The notes under the pieces: model-generated
Told to the model about the DNA's origin: nothing
Database searches by the model: none
The model's input: the letters and a program-made list of their open reading frames with translations, nothing else
Shown: in pieces, positions 1 through 13,299 of the stretch
Position numbering within the stretch: the first letter of the stretch is position 1
Layout: each line of letters starts with the position of its first letter
Program-made: the position numbers and the translations under genes
From: Curvularia clavata
Taxonomy: Eukaryota
Assembly (NCBI GenBank): GCA_023920165.1
Contig: CP089275.1
Coordinates: forward strand, 4,030,001-4,094,000
Direction: 5' to 3'
DNA length: 64,000 bases

Positions 1-3000
1 TCGGTTCTGTCGAAAGGTTTGGCCTGAACGGGATGAAACAAATAGTCGGTGATGTTTCAAAGGGCTGCAGTCTTGAACTAAAATGCACACGGTGCGAGGA
101 GCGACTTTTTCGAAGGGTTGTCGAGGCGTTCAGCGTGAACGCCATCGGTCGAACTTGGACGATGCAAGTATGATCGGTTACGTAAACGCAAAAAAACATG
201 GGTTTCTCTTGGTCATCTCTCTATCTCGATCAGTCAATGAACACGGTCCTCAAGATGAGTTACCTTACCACCATCATTCCCTGAAACCTGTCTAGGTGCT
301 GTCTTTCTGTACCGAGTTATTTTGTAAAGCAACAGAGCGTAATATATAGGTGCGACTCGGAATTTGTATGGAAACCTAAAACCGTTCCCTCGATCAAGAA
401 CAACACCGACTGCGTTTCTTCAGGGAGGGCCCCCCCTGTGGCTCCACTTCCGATAAAACGTGAATGTTACAGACCTCTTCAACAAAATGTTTTTCCTCTC
501 TTGGCTCCGATTCTCGCTTACTAGCAAGAAAAACAGTTTCGAAGCAGAAACAAGTGTCAAAAATGCCTAACGTATCCTCTTGTAACGTCTGTGATGTAGC
601 CCTAGTCATGACTCACAATGAAGAACCCCATTGCTCACAGCCTAATCAGCTTGCACCACAGCGTAAGACGCCCATCGAAAAATGTGTCCATAGTAGCAAG
701 AGCACAGTTGAAAATTCTTTAGACCGTGCGGGGTCACGACGTGGTTTATGGGGGTGTGCATTCGTAAATCAGTTCGACTCAGTAATGGGCTTGGTTCAGG
801 TTGCCAAGACCCAGCTTGACAGGCGGTAACGAGAGAAAGCTCAGGCGCGAAGGGTATTATATAGGCGAGGACCAAATGACGCCATCGTGGAACATTAATA
901 AGAACTTTCGGTCGGTCGCAGTGCAGTTGTTTTAAGGTTACAAGGTTAAAGAGGGTCGAGAGTTGCATGCGTGCAGAAAGGCCCAATGGGAGGTATGCTT
1001 GTGGCGAAAGCGGTTTAGTATCGCCCGAATCTTCCCCCCGACAGACCGGATAGGCACGGCGTGCCAACTGCCAATCGGCCCTTCAACCATGTCCTGACCG
1101 CAGTAATGTCTTAGCATAGAAACCTTCACGTATGTAAAACATGTCAAGCATACAGTAACCTCTGTTTGATGGTAATTGATGTCAAGCTGATGTTGCTAAA
1201 ACGTCACTAACCAAATGTGCTGATTTTGGCAGGCGATAAGCGTATCGAGATGCTGGTTCAATACTCTTTCTTCTGATCTTCGCATGTCCATACAAGGCAT
1301 TATTCATAAACGGAACGCATTTCTGTTTTGTCGTACTGGAAAAGGAGTGCATATTTCGCTATATCTACATATTCTATGATATTTCTCTCCTTGGCGGCTA
1401 ATCGTATACCGTTATCAACTGTATGTTGGAATCCTGGATCTAAAGCGTTCATGTAAGCTTGCTCTGGTCTAGACCCAGCGGCAAACAGCGAAGCCCACCG
1501 AAAGTGTGAGGATACCATATACCGTCATGAAAAGACACATACGACTGGAAACGGCGCTGCTCGATGGGCGCAGTCAGACGATCGCTCTACTGCGATACTA
1601 GTTAGTAAGCACCGCTGTTATGTAGCTGCAAAATTCTTTCCAAAAGCGGCGGGTGTGGGCCAGCAACCGCATGATGGCCTCCAAGACTACTCAGACTCCT
1701 GGTAATGCCTCGATTGGCTTGCTGGAGGTTTGCTGGCTCAGGCGTATTGTGCCAATAGAAGGAGTTAGATATAATGCGCTTTGAGCTCTTCCAGGTACTC
1801 CATAATTCCCCGGCACATTATGAGGTGCGCGTTTGCTGTGTAGATGGTATATTTGTTGCGCGTTGAGAAATTCGACGAGTTTCTGGGAGAAGGATTTGGG
1901 TGGCGGCAGCGTACGTCAAGAGAAGTTGACATGGAATTTAGAGGCGGAGTTGACTGGGAAATCAGGGTCTGCTCCTGTTTGCAGGGCCCATCAAGTGTCA
2001 AGGATCTTGAACTTCATCTACTCCCGTTTGTGATCTGTCTTCCCTTTTCTTACAACATGACAACCTTGCGTCTCCTCTGCTGAACAGCCTCGAGGACTGT
2101 CATTACTATCTCTTGAACGTAGTTCCTGTCTTCTCGTGGCAGAAAATATCAGTCTTCTGTTGACGATCTAGCCGCTGACTGGCGTTAGAGTGAGTAAAAC
2201 AGGCCCGCACAGCAACACCAAGCCCAGATTTCAATCAGCATCGGCTATCGATCCCAGATCGTAGCAACATGCCTAGAGACTGGTTTGATTTGCGCACATA
2301 TACTGAGAGTATGTTAGCTGATTTTTGCGCAGCATCATACGCGAGACACCGATCGCATGCTGTTTCGCATACCTCGCGCACGAAGTCAGTTCCCGAACTG
2401 CAGCCACCGGAATCTACACAATAGCCCGCAAGGCATATCAGGACAAGGGAGCCAGGACGAAGATCCTTCCACGTATTGGTGTCCTAGAGTAGAATCAGTC
2501 AAAGCATCGCGACAGCAAGCGGGGATGGTACAAGATCTTCCGCGACCTGAACCATTGCTACACTGATTAGGTCAGCTGCGTGGGAGAATGGAAAGCTGGA
2601 GGGAAAATTGATAACAGATGTGCGATGAGTGGGTGTTCTAGGGAAACGCATATCAGAGAAGATCTGGCATTTGCTGGGGATACCCTTCTAGCATACGCTG
2701 ACGACAACAGTCTAGAGTCACCGCTTCGTTACAACTCGAGAGCTTAAATCCAGTTTTAACCCTGGCATCAGGAGCGCAGGCATATCACTGTCACTCATCA
2801 GGCATTCTGAGCCCTGTTCAGTCTAGCTCCTACGCTGATCAGATACTTCAACCTCGGCAAGAACGCGAATCTCGGACTGTGCTTCGGGCTATTCTGCTAC
2901 AAGATACACTCAACAAAAAGTGCCAGAGAGGGTAAGAGTGAGCATATGGTGGACGCGTTGGTTGTACATGAACCGCCACAGGGGGCCTGGCACGATTAAG

Positions 3001-3537
3001 CTCGAGAACTAGCCAGGCACCCCAGCTTGTGCTGTTGACAAACAGAAATAAAGGGGAACCGTTGGAGCTCGCGCTGCTCATGTATGTTCGGTTCCCACTG
3101 TCCGGGTGCTGTAGTAGAACCAACTGCATCTATAGCTTTAATCCATAATTGCATGATCTCCCTGATTGTGGCCGTGATTGTATGCCTGATGTGAACAGGT
3201 AAAATTTCGGCGTGATGCCCTGACACATGGCCAGCTTGTTAAGGGGAGCCGCAAAACAATGAATGGCATCTCTGCTCTATTCAAACCATGTGTCTGCATA
3301 AAAGATGTGGGAGAGGCAAGAGAATCACCAAAGCTCGAAGCTCAGTTCTGAGAACCACATCAAGGTGCAAAAAAGTTGAATGCAAGCGACCAAGCTCACG
3401 TCGACCCCGGAATCGCAGAGCACCATGCCGAAGGTCCAGTCTGCATTGACGTGGAAGGCGTTGAAAAAGCAAAAAAAAAACGGTGAATCCCAGAGTTCTG
3501 GGATTGTAGAGAACCCACTGGGGGACCCGTAAAGAAT

Positions 3538-3651
3538 CCACCCCATGAGGATTCGAACTTGCGCCTGTGGCGGACGTCAGCACCTGTCTGTACACTAGTT
3601 AGCACTGTTCTTTCTGAAAGCAGTGAGCTATCCCCACTGGGCTACGCGATT
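3538..3651 (-). pseudogene. Degenerate tRNA-like sequence (resembles intron-containing tRNA-Leu(CAG))
   Basis: Minus strand reads TAGCCCAGTGG (A-box-like), CACTGCTTTCAG (Leu-CAG-like anticodon arm 5' half), an insertion, then GTCCGCCACAGGCGCAAGTTCGAATCC (long variable arm plus B-box). Acceptor and T stems do not pair, so it is not a functional tRNA. Confidence 0.3.
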
Positions 3652-6600
3652 GCTCTTCCAGCTTAAGGCTGGCGATAGTCAGGTCGATTTACAGCGATTG
3701 TATACCCAAGGGGAGGTTGGGTACATAGAGGCTGTCGTGGCGGAAACGAAGAAGTCGGGAGTAGGACAGAAAGCGGGGAGATTATGGTAAGCACAAAAAC
3801 GGCACCAGGTGCTCACTACTGAATATGGAAACCTAGGCCTACTGACACAGAACCTCCGTGTGCGTCAGGTTTGCTCAGCATGGCGTCGTTGGGCTGTGCT
3901 CCCTGAATTTGTGCTCTGTTGTTCCATGACCCTTAGCTCCATTCCAATCTGGAAGTATGTGTTGAACGCAACTGAGAGCTGGCACAGCGCCCATCAGCCA
4001 TCCTTGACTATCCCATACTACGAAACGATATTTCTTCCAAAGGTAGAGCCAAATCTCGTTGGCAGCCATGTGTAATCCTTTTTGCCGACATGAATAGCTG
4101 TCAACGATCACGCCAAGTAACAAATCTCAGCTCGGCTTGACTTGATGAGCTTGATCCGGCGTGATTGTTGACAGGTCTGTCAACATAAGCACAAAATGCC
4201 CCTGGTTTCGGTGTAGCCATAAGCCACCACAACTTGAGAGCCACTAGCGGTGATGGAAGCCGTAGATTTTACGGTATGCATAGCCGTAAAACCTGAAGCT
4301 GATGGTATCCAAGGGCTGGGACTCTTCCTTTGGTGTTCGAGACAAACAGACTGGCGACACGGCGGCGACTCTTAGGCCACACACACGAAACATAATACCT
4401 CCAAAGCACTACCTTTTCCTTGTAGTTTTGATACAAAACGATCTTTTACTTTGATTATGCTGGTGCATCAGCATCCATAGTGCATATTCAGATCTGCAGT
4501 GCACCTTGCCCCTGGGTTGCAACTGCATAGCCATTCATCTACGATGCGCTTTGTCTCTGTCATTTAAATATGGCACTCGTGTTTGCCCAGAGAGACAAAG
4601 GCTTGATGGCGAGTTTTATGCCCGGGCTTACCCGCACACATCCAGCAAGCAGACAAGCGAAGAAAACAACGACGATGCTTTCTACACCTTTCCCTTCCAT
4701 AGCTGTCATCAAAACAGCATGCCGTGCAACTCATTATCAAGAGCAGCATGGTATGGATGTCCTAGCTGCAAGAGGTGGGCTTGCTTGGAGCGGATGCCTT
4801 CTGATCTTGGTGTTTACACATCGTGAGTCTCGCCGACCTCCGCGGTACCCACACACCAACATCCCACCGTCTTCAGCATCAGCTTCTGGAATACCGCGAC
4901 AGAAACGCTATACCATGATAGATGGAAGCCACTGGACATAGGGCAGTACGCCCACTTGAATGCTCTATGCCGAAAGCTAATAATGCTTTAGGACCGTCGG
5001 CGGCACCGACTTAGCTTCGCGGAGTCCTTTCGACAATACTCCGTCCTTTCCGGTTCCTCTTTTTCTTATCAACGACTTCCTCAGACCCCTCCAGCCGTAC
5101 GAGTAGATGCCAGCGAGGGAAAGAACTGCACAGCGACTCATACGGACAAGAAAAGTTTACCGAAGCGCCAACCCCGACAAGACGCAGATAACCGGTGGAC
5201 AGCTATGCCAGGCAACCGCATATGCTCAGGAACAGGAATACTCCAGTATTGATAGGTGAGCATCGTGGAGATGCTACAGTGCATAACAGTTGGACAGCTG
5301 ACAGCAGCTCTAGATCGCGCGGCGATTCTCAGGAACGAGACTCTGTTCCAAAATATCCACAGTCGCGCAGCTACCAGAACAAGAATACTTGGGTCAGTGG
5401 AGACAGGAGCAGAGTTCGCGGGACAGCCTCGCAAATTCAACACGCATCGCGGTTGTGAGATACCGAGTATCCCCAGGGCAAAGGTCGCACATGCATCCAG
5501 CTCTTGACTTCAACATTCGCTTACGAGGAGATAGGCGTATAACTTTGTGAAATGAAGCAATCTCGGGAATGATCATCAAAAGCAGAAAACATTCCTATCA
5601 AGACTGGTGGCAGCTGCTGATTCTGAGGTGCGCTGGCGGAACGTCTCTTTCGATACACTCTCCTCGTGTTGACTGACACTACAAACAGGCAGTAATCCGC
5701 ATATACCTCGAGAAAATATCACCCCGCCTGAGACATGCCGGAATTATGAATCGACGACCGACACAGCAGCGGAACACACGAACGTTGGGCCACTACGTAT
5801 ATACCACGGCTTGTAACACGGCCAGGATATTTGGGGGCATCGGCCCAGCGCGCACATTTAGGTGCTTGTGCCAAGCACTTGCAGTCAGCAAAGCCTTGTC
5901 TACAAGAACTGGTCATAGGCCGATGGATAATACGCAGTTGCTGAGTGACATCGCAGGGCGCAACTCGACATGTATCCAAGCTTTCCCGTTGATATTGTAC
6001 GGCGGACCACGCTCCCAAACGATGTTATTGGGAACAGAAACATGATCCAGAATGTTGTCGGGCGAAGAGCGAGGACTTCCTGGACAGCCAAGAATCAACG
6101 CGACAGCGCGGTCAAACGATTGACCCATGAAGGCATGTCGCGGGCGATAACAGAATTGCCAGTCATGTTTTCCGGGCCCCCAATGATATACGGGCCGAGT
6201 ACTAATTTTAGTTTCGGTCCCAGTCCTTATGAGTCAGTTGCTGACTGCAGTGTCGATGTCATAGGATGACAAATGCTCATTCAAGAAGAGAGGCCGCTGT
6301 TCGGAGACGCAGAGCATTGAAAAGCCAAAATATGCGTCCGAACGATCCTCATAGGAAACACCAGTCAATTCCTATCATAGGCCATGTTACCTAGATGGAG
6401 GGGGATTGACGACGTCTCTTAAGAGCTTTCGCCGGTCGGCTTGGAACTGAGACTGAGAACTTGCCATTATCTTGGTTCTTCGGAATTTTTCAATTTTCAG
6501 GACTCAAAACGAACGAACAGAGGACCTGGATGCCGATGCATGAGCCGAATTATCTCTAGATAATTGCCGAATATCTCCGGTCAAGTTGTCAAAACGTCCT

Positions 6601-9600
6601 GGAAGCTCATTGCTGTTGGAGCCGGAGGCCATGTTTGAAAAGGCATGGATATCCACACATGTTTCCTAGAGTTACAAACACCGCATTCGGGCCAGTAGTT
6701 ACACTGATAATACGTAAGACTCGGATAAAAGTTGAGCTGGCGGCTTTCGAGTCTGGTCGGTGATAAGAGTTGTCTGGCATTCGCATTCGAGACAACGGCA
6801 ATAGCCAATCCCCGAGCCATTGTTGCGATACGTCCTTTCCATTGACAGACTATTGAGGAGGGTCTCTGTGGTCCCTATCCTGTATTCTTTAAGGTGATGG
6901 GCTTCTCAACAGCCTTGACTCGAGAGCAATGATTCATAATGATACCATGCCTATCGATTGCAAGGAGACGAGCCCTACCCAAGGTCAACGCGGTGTTGCT
7001 TCACCTGATACCTAAGGAGGTATACATGAGGTCTGTTGCCAATTTTGCGATGGCACACAAGCGATATACGACATGGCTCGAAAGTTGGTGTGACCTCCGC
7101 ACCCTTTGCCAACTCCAAGAAAAAAAATCTTCATGTTGTCATCAGCTCGCGGATGACTATGAGCAGTACCGATAGCCACGTTAGGGACTTGGTGGGCGGG
7201 CGAGCTCCGATAGACCGACTCCAACGAGGTGACTTCATGTTGTGGCACGATCGACATGAAGATTCGCAACCACCTGCTTGCTGTGTGCAGATAACACTGG
7301 GACTGCCCGGTGTTCGTGGTGGTATTTCATGACTCAGGTAGTCATATAATACCTGAAAAGTGTTGTTTTGAAGCTGGTAGTGGTAATCCGAGGTGGAGGT
7401 CGAGTTCCATTTCCGGACAAAGTTTGGCTGTGCTGTGCTACCACCAATGGTTGCCGGATGCTCACGAAAGCTACGAAAGACCAAGAAGACACCGCATGGA
7501 TCCAATTTACAACGACGAGACAAGCGAAGAGTGTTAGCTTGTGACCTGCCATCTGTTGCTGAGGTGATTCCCACCTAGTCGATGGCGGAGTACCGGTACT
7601 CCGATCGCACGAGTGTTCCCTCCTCTGGTATCTGTATGATATCGGCTCGCTGGCGGAAGAAGCTACGTAGTCGGCGACGGAATATACGCATGGAAAAGGG
7701 TCTCACCGCCGCCGCTGGGGCTAGGAAGTCGCGGGTCTGCCGTAGCCTGAAATCTTGCTAGCATCATTCGCGTGTCACAACGTCGCGTAAGCCTCGTAGT
7801 CCATCGAGGATGCGGCAAGGACACAAGAAGCACGAAAAAAAGTCCTGAATACATCCGCTTATCTCAGCTGAGCTTCGTTGACGCGTTGCCTGCGCGCGAT
7901 GTTGGTAGCAGTACAGACTACCTAACGCGATGGATGGATGGATTGAGGCGCACAGGCCTCAACGAGACAGGACCTTCAAGGCAAGAGAAATGGTACTACA
8001 ATATGTCTGTACGATATTGTGAATGGGTTGCGAAGGATCCGTAAAAGGTCGTCGTCGGCGTTGGGCAGGTAGTCGGAGATTTCGTCGCGCGAGGGGCTGA
8101 CGTTGCGGCAAGATGCAGCAGCGACTTGAAAGCCACATGCATCTAACCGCCTCGAGTCTCCATCTCAAGCTGGTGTCAGAGAGAAGAGGCAGCAGCTTGT
8201 AGTTGTTCTTGTCGGCATGTTGTGGTGGGGGTGGGGGGTTGGAGAGGGTCGAAAATCAAGAGGGGGAAAACCACACGAGCGAAGAAGGTCAATGCGGACT
8301 CAGAGGAGGGAACCACCACCAGAGTGTGTGTGACAGACGCACAGCGAGGAAGGGGCCCATCGTCAATACCGTCACAGACAGCACATCCAGGAAAAGGAAC
8401 TTGCCCCAGAGCTTCAAGAACCTACGTCACTCGAGTCGGACCGAATCCTTTGTGCAAGCTCAAGCGAGGGCGCCGTTGCCAAGCTCTGCCTCAGGTTGCA
8501 AGTCAGCTACGCGTTGTCGCTGCAAAACCCAAGAACTCAGCGGCTGCAATCGCTCAAGGATTCCATGTTGCAGATCTACTGGACTTCTTTCAACAGTTGC
8601 TCACCTCAGGGACACCCTATATCTTTCTTACTCTGGTAGGTTCACTATCCATAAGCACTCATGGGCCTCAACAACAGCTAATAATCCCACAGGTAGTTCT
8701 CTAGATACAGTGGTATATTCTCAGAGACGAATGCATTGTCTGCTTCACCGCTGAATCGTGTTTATTTGTGCTGTGGACTGTGCCAAGGCCATGATCTGAT
8801 GGGGCAACGCCCCCTTCCCCACTTCACCTTTAGCGTCAGAAACCTTAATCACACTTCTTCTCTCTTCCTACCTTCTCAACCGCCTTTACCACTTTAATCT
8901 CCTCCAAAATTCTCCTCGACCTAAGCCTATCTCTACGAATATAGCTCATATCACAGCCCTTCATGCGTCGTTTACTATGCTCTGTGACCGCCGGCCTCCC
9001 TCCTTTATTACTAGACGACGATATATTGTAGCTGGACGCCGCCCGCGCTCCAGGGCATTGCCAACAGCCACCTGCCACCTACCTGTCCACCCCCAGCAAT
9101 ACAAGCTTTCCCCCAGCAACAGGAAGGTAAAGCACTGTGCGGGAGCTTCGCGCTTCGAACATGTACACAATGTTTTTCGTTGCGGCTCCCGCTAACTTTG
9201 TGGTCAGCAAAGCCTCAACATTGTGTGACTCTGAGCAGGAAGACAAACATTGCAGACTGATTGTTACGCTCCAAAAATTATGCATCACATGGAACAAGCA
9301 ATGATGGAAGGAGAACCAGAGTCTTCTCTTTTTTCATGAGATTACCATGCAGCGTCTACTGCAACTTTTATTGCAATCGATATGGCAATACACGATACTT
9401 GCACCGAGGCTAACATATCTTGCAATTCCAACCTTCTAGTGACCTCCCGCCACTGATCCGGATTCGGCTTTGCAACACTCGTCAATTAGGCTTCGGAACC
9501 AACCACATCACTACACTGGAAACAATTCCCTATCAAGACAGTATCGAAAGCTCACAATCCACTTACAGGCCAGGGCGATGTGAAAATGCCGGCTTGTAAC

Positions 9601-10690
9601 TTGATCGTCAATGCCCTTGGAATCACCATAGGGAACATAAGCCTTATTCGCTCTAAGACATCAATCCATGACTGAGTACATACACATTGACAATGCCATA
9701 TTATCACACTTGTCAACGACGTCTCGAGTATCGAGCTTTTCCGAAGCAACTGAGAATTCATATTGTATCTCTCATTCCAGGCACTGATCATTCCATTCGA
9801 AAGCCAAAGTCTGTGTTGGTTCTCGTACACACCCCACCACTCGTATATCAAGGCTCAGCAGAGCTTGCATGTCTTCGACATGTAAATTTCGAAGACTTGA
9901 GTCCATAATCACCTTAGGCCTATCTTGTTGATTGCTATCACATCCAATCACCCAGTCAATCACGATACAGGAGACGACGAAGACGACCTACTTATTGAAA
10001 GTGATATCAAGTTCCACAACGCTATCTTAGATTATTCCTTTCCGTGAGTATTCCCCAGGCCGCCTACCTTTATCACCATTTCACTTCCGTCTTTGCTTCT
10101 CAGGTCTACTTCTTTGACCCTTTATTGATTCATTGTATCTCTTTCTTCTCTCTTCCCGCTCTCTGCCCGAGTTTCGTAATGATCAATCAGACACATGTCC
10201 GTCTACTTCCGGCCGTCTGGCCTTGGACGTGCTGACTGATATGAAGTATACAGGGAATGTCAGAACAAACCTCGACAGTCTTCTTTACTTTGCTACACAT
10301 TCGAAACATTGTCGTCGTTTAGCTTGGCAAAACATCCTTACTCTTCCGGACCCATACCTCATGCTCCTCGGCAGGTGGCTACCTCGCACCAACACCAAGC
10401 GAGTCACTTCCGTCTTCTCCCTGACAGATGGCTCTGCCGCAACCAGCAACTGACAAAGTGTGTGGCTGCCAGGCCAGAGATTTGGGCTTGCTGTCGTCGA
10501 TCTTTCACATCACTCACTACATGTTCAGCATCATCAACAACTGCTATGTACAGAAGGGATATATATCACAACCCTACGACGTATCAATCGCCACTGTTAC
10601 TTGAAGAAGCATTGTAACAAGTAAAAAGCACGTCGTCGTGGTCCTGTTGGTATTCGCCTTCATCTTTTCTGCAACCTCAAACCCGCCTCG

Positions 10691-10853
10691 GACCCTGTCG
10701 CCTCGAGCGTCCCTCCCTTCAACTGTCTATCACGTGAGATCTCTGACCTTACCGCCTCAATCGCTCCTCGCTCCAACTGTCCGTCACATGGGATTTTCGG
10801 GCCTTACCGCCTCGAACGCCCCGCTCTTCGACTGTCCTTCACCTGGGATTTAG
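10691..10853. repeat. Degenerate tandem repeat, 3 x ~54-55 bp
   Basis: Units start at 10691, 10745 and 10800 and share G(A/G)CC..CGCCTC..ACTGTC..TCAC(G/A/C)TG(A/G)GAT. Confidence 0.85.
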
Positions 10854-11835
10854 TGGTACTGCTTATTGGTGTAGATATGGATATCGACGCCATCCAGTAC
10901 TCAGTCAAACGTCCTGGTTCCGCGTTGACACCGCTGAGTGAGAGCGTAGCGGTGAATTCAGGGCAGAGACGCTAGCCTGGTACCGTTTCTTACGAGTATA
11001 AGATTAAGCCCCAACTTCACTTGAGCATTTTCTCTTCTTTGACTCAGCCACTCAACCTTCTGACTACCCTCCTTCCTTTTTTGCGTATCAAGCATCCATT
11101 TGTGTTCGCAAGTGGAAGTTTCAGTCGAAAAGACGCTCCATAAAAAGCCTACACCCATCGCCGAAAAGTCCTTCCTACCAGGAACGCATTGTGGTTGGCC
11201 ATCTCAACTGTCAATCGCCATTTACCGCACCCTGCGCTTCTTGCAGATTCAAAACAGCAATTCAAAAGAGTGGTATGAAACTGCTACTCAAAGCATCAGA
11301 CGCCTTCGGCATGTCCAGTACTTTCAACTTGCTAACATTGCTGTTCTCAGGAAAAGAATTGGTCGTTCGGCAACCTCGTTGAGCGCTGCGCAAGCACGGC
11401 GATTTCTTGGCGAGCTCTACCTACGTAATTGGCCTGCATCGGAGCCAGCAAACGCTGCAGCATCATCTTTAGCAGAGACTTCTGTCTCATTGGAGGTGGT
11501 TTCGTCTATTCAAAAGTTTTGCAAAGTAAGTTTCGCATAGCATCTCGCTTCCTTGTTGTAACGCAAGAGTGGCATATGCGAGCCTCCTTTTGGGCTGCAT
11601 TGTCAGTATGTGTTGTGGCACTAGGAAGCCGCCTAGGCATCTTCTCGCTAACTTTGATCTTGAACCTCGCTTACAATGACACAGACTCTATCCCTTCTTG
11701 CACCCTCTGTGGCTCTTCCACTGCTTTGGTAGTCAGTCGCTCAACGCGCGTCGGGTAAGTTGGTTACTGAACGCATGTCATGTCTTGTACTCACTAAGTC
11801 TCTATCAGTCACGCTTCAAAAACGCACCGACTACC

Positions 11836-13299
11836 ATGGTTTTCTACCATAACAACCAGTTGAACGCGGTCGGTTTGTTTGATTACGACCAGACGTACAG
11901 CTCTGCAGGTCCTTCGTCAGCCATGTTGGCATCAGCTACTAGCGATTACAGCGGTATCACCAACGCTGGAAATGGATACCTTCATGGTCATCAGCATGCC
12001 CCGCAAGTCAACTATGGCTTCGGTGTTCGTCCAGTCGAACCCGAACGCTTCATTACTAGCACTAGTGGCAACCAGGATCAGGAACGCAAGGACGAGGCCA
12101 AGTTGGAGACCGAGGTCAAAAAGCACGCTGTGAGTTACACCCCTTCACACGACAGCGACTATTACGAGAGCTCCGATGAGGATGTCAGTCCACGGAAGGC
12201 GCCAAAACTGAACAAGGACGGAGCGCCCCGCAAGCCTCGCCAGCCCCGTCCGAAGCTTCTCAAGTGGACCGACAACGATTGGAAAAACGTTGTTCTCGGT
12301 ATCATCTGGGCATGTGGCGAGCAGGGCGTTCAGATTCCATTCGGCCAGGCTGCCAAGGTTGTCGGAGAGAACTGCACTGCCAGCGCTCTTCAGCAGGCTG
12401 TCTTGAAGCTGCGTGGCAAGCAGATTGCCGCAGGCCACAAGATTCCGGTTCTGGTGATGCCCTGGTCGCGCAAGGACAGGAATAGGAGATCCACGACACC
12501 CATTGCTAATGCAAAGAAGGCGCAGATCCAAACAAAGTCCGAAGCCAAGTCCCCCACCTGGAAGCGCGTCTTGAAGAAGGTCAAGGGCTCTCTGGTTGTT
12601 AAGCTCAAGGTTGGTCACCGAGGCATCAACAAGAAGCAGGCTGAGACCCACGTTCTGCCCATGAGTGATATGCAGGCTGAGACTTCTATGCTCCCGATGA
12701 ATGGTATGCACCCTAGCACTTTTATGCCACCGGATACTAACATTTTCTCAGGCATTACCAACATGCCAGCTGGAGTGGATATGCTGCAAACCAACAACAT
12801 GCAACTTGGAGGTCTCACACTGCCAGGCAACAATCTGTTCTCAGGCATGTCTACCCCAGCTTACTGGGCCCAGACCCACCAGTTCTTGTATCCAGGCCAG
12901 GCGCAAGCCACGCAGCCATCCCAGAGCCTTTCTCCAGAGGAGAAGCGCTACAACCGTAACCATGTCGTCTGCAACAACTTCTTGGTTGATGAGCACTACG
13001 ATATCAAGGCTACGGTCGGTCCGAACCTTTCACCAGAGGCCAAGCGCTTCAACCGCAACCATGTGATTTCAGACGGTGTCATGTTTGACGAGTACAACGA
13101 TGTCAGGGCCACGGACGAAGAGCTGCTTCCCCTGGGAGACATCATCACTCCAGAGAGCGACCCTTTTCATGGCGGATATTTCTCCCAGGATTTGAGCGAT
13201 CTTCACGGTCAAGCACAGGGCCTGCTCGATCTTTCTCAGGAGGACTCCAATATCTTCTCTTCATTCACCGACTACGACGCTCATCTTGGTAGCCACTAG
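11836..13299 (+). CDS. Hypothetical protein with Myb/SANT-like helical domain
   Basis: Long intronless ORF whose first ATG is at 11836. A basic NLS-like stretch (RKPRQPRPK) is followed by KWTDNDWKNVVLGIIW...IPFGQAAKVVG...TASALQQAVLKLR, a Myb-like pattern. The C-terminus is low complexity with an internal repeat. Confidence 0.8.
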   Translation: MVFYHNNQLNAVGLFDYDQTYSSAGPSSAMLASATSDYSGITNAGNGYLHGHQHAPQVNYGFGVRPVEPERFITSTSGNQDQERKDEAKLETEVKKHAVSYTPSHDSDYYESSDEDVSPRKAPKLNKDGAPRKPRQPRPKLLKWTDNDWKNVVLGIIWACGEQGVQIPFGQAAKVVGENCTASALQQAVLKLRGKQIAAGHKIPVLVMPWSRKDRNRRSTTPIANAKKAQIQTKSEAKSPTWKRVLKKVKGSLVVKLKVGHRGINKKQAETHVLPMSDMQAETSMLPMNGMHPSTFMPPDTNIFSGITNMPAGVDMLQTNNMQLGGLTLPGNNLFSGMSTPAYWAQTHQFLYPGQAQATQPSQSLSPEEKRYNRNHVVCNNFLVDEHYDIKATVGPNLSPEAKRFNRNHVISDGVMFDEYNDVRATDEELLPLGDIITPESDPFHGGYFSQDLSDLHGQAQGLLDLSQEDSNIFSSFTDYDAHLGSH

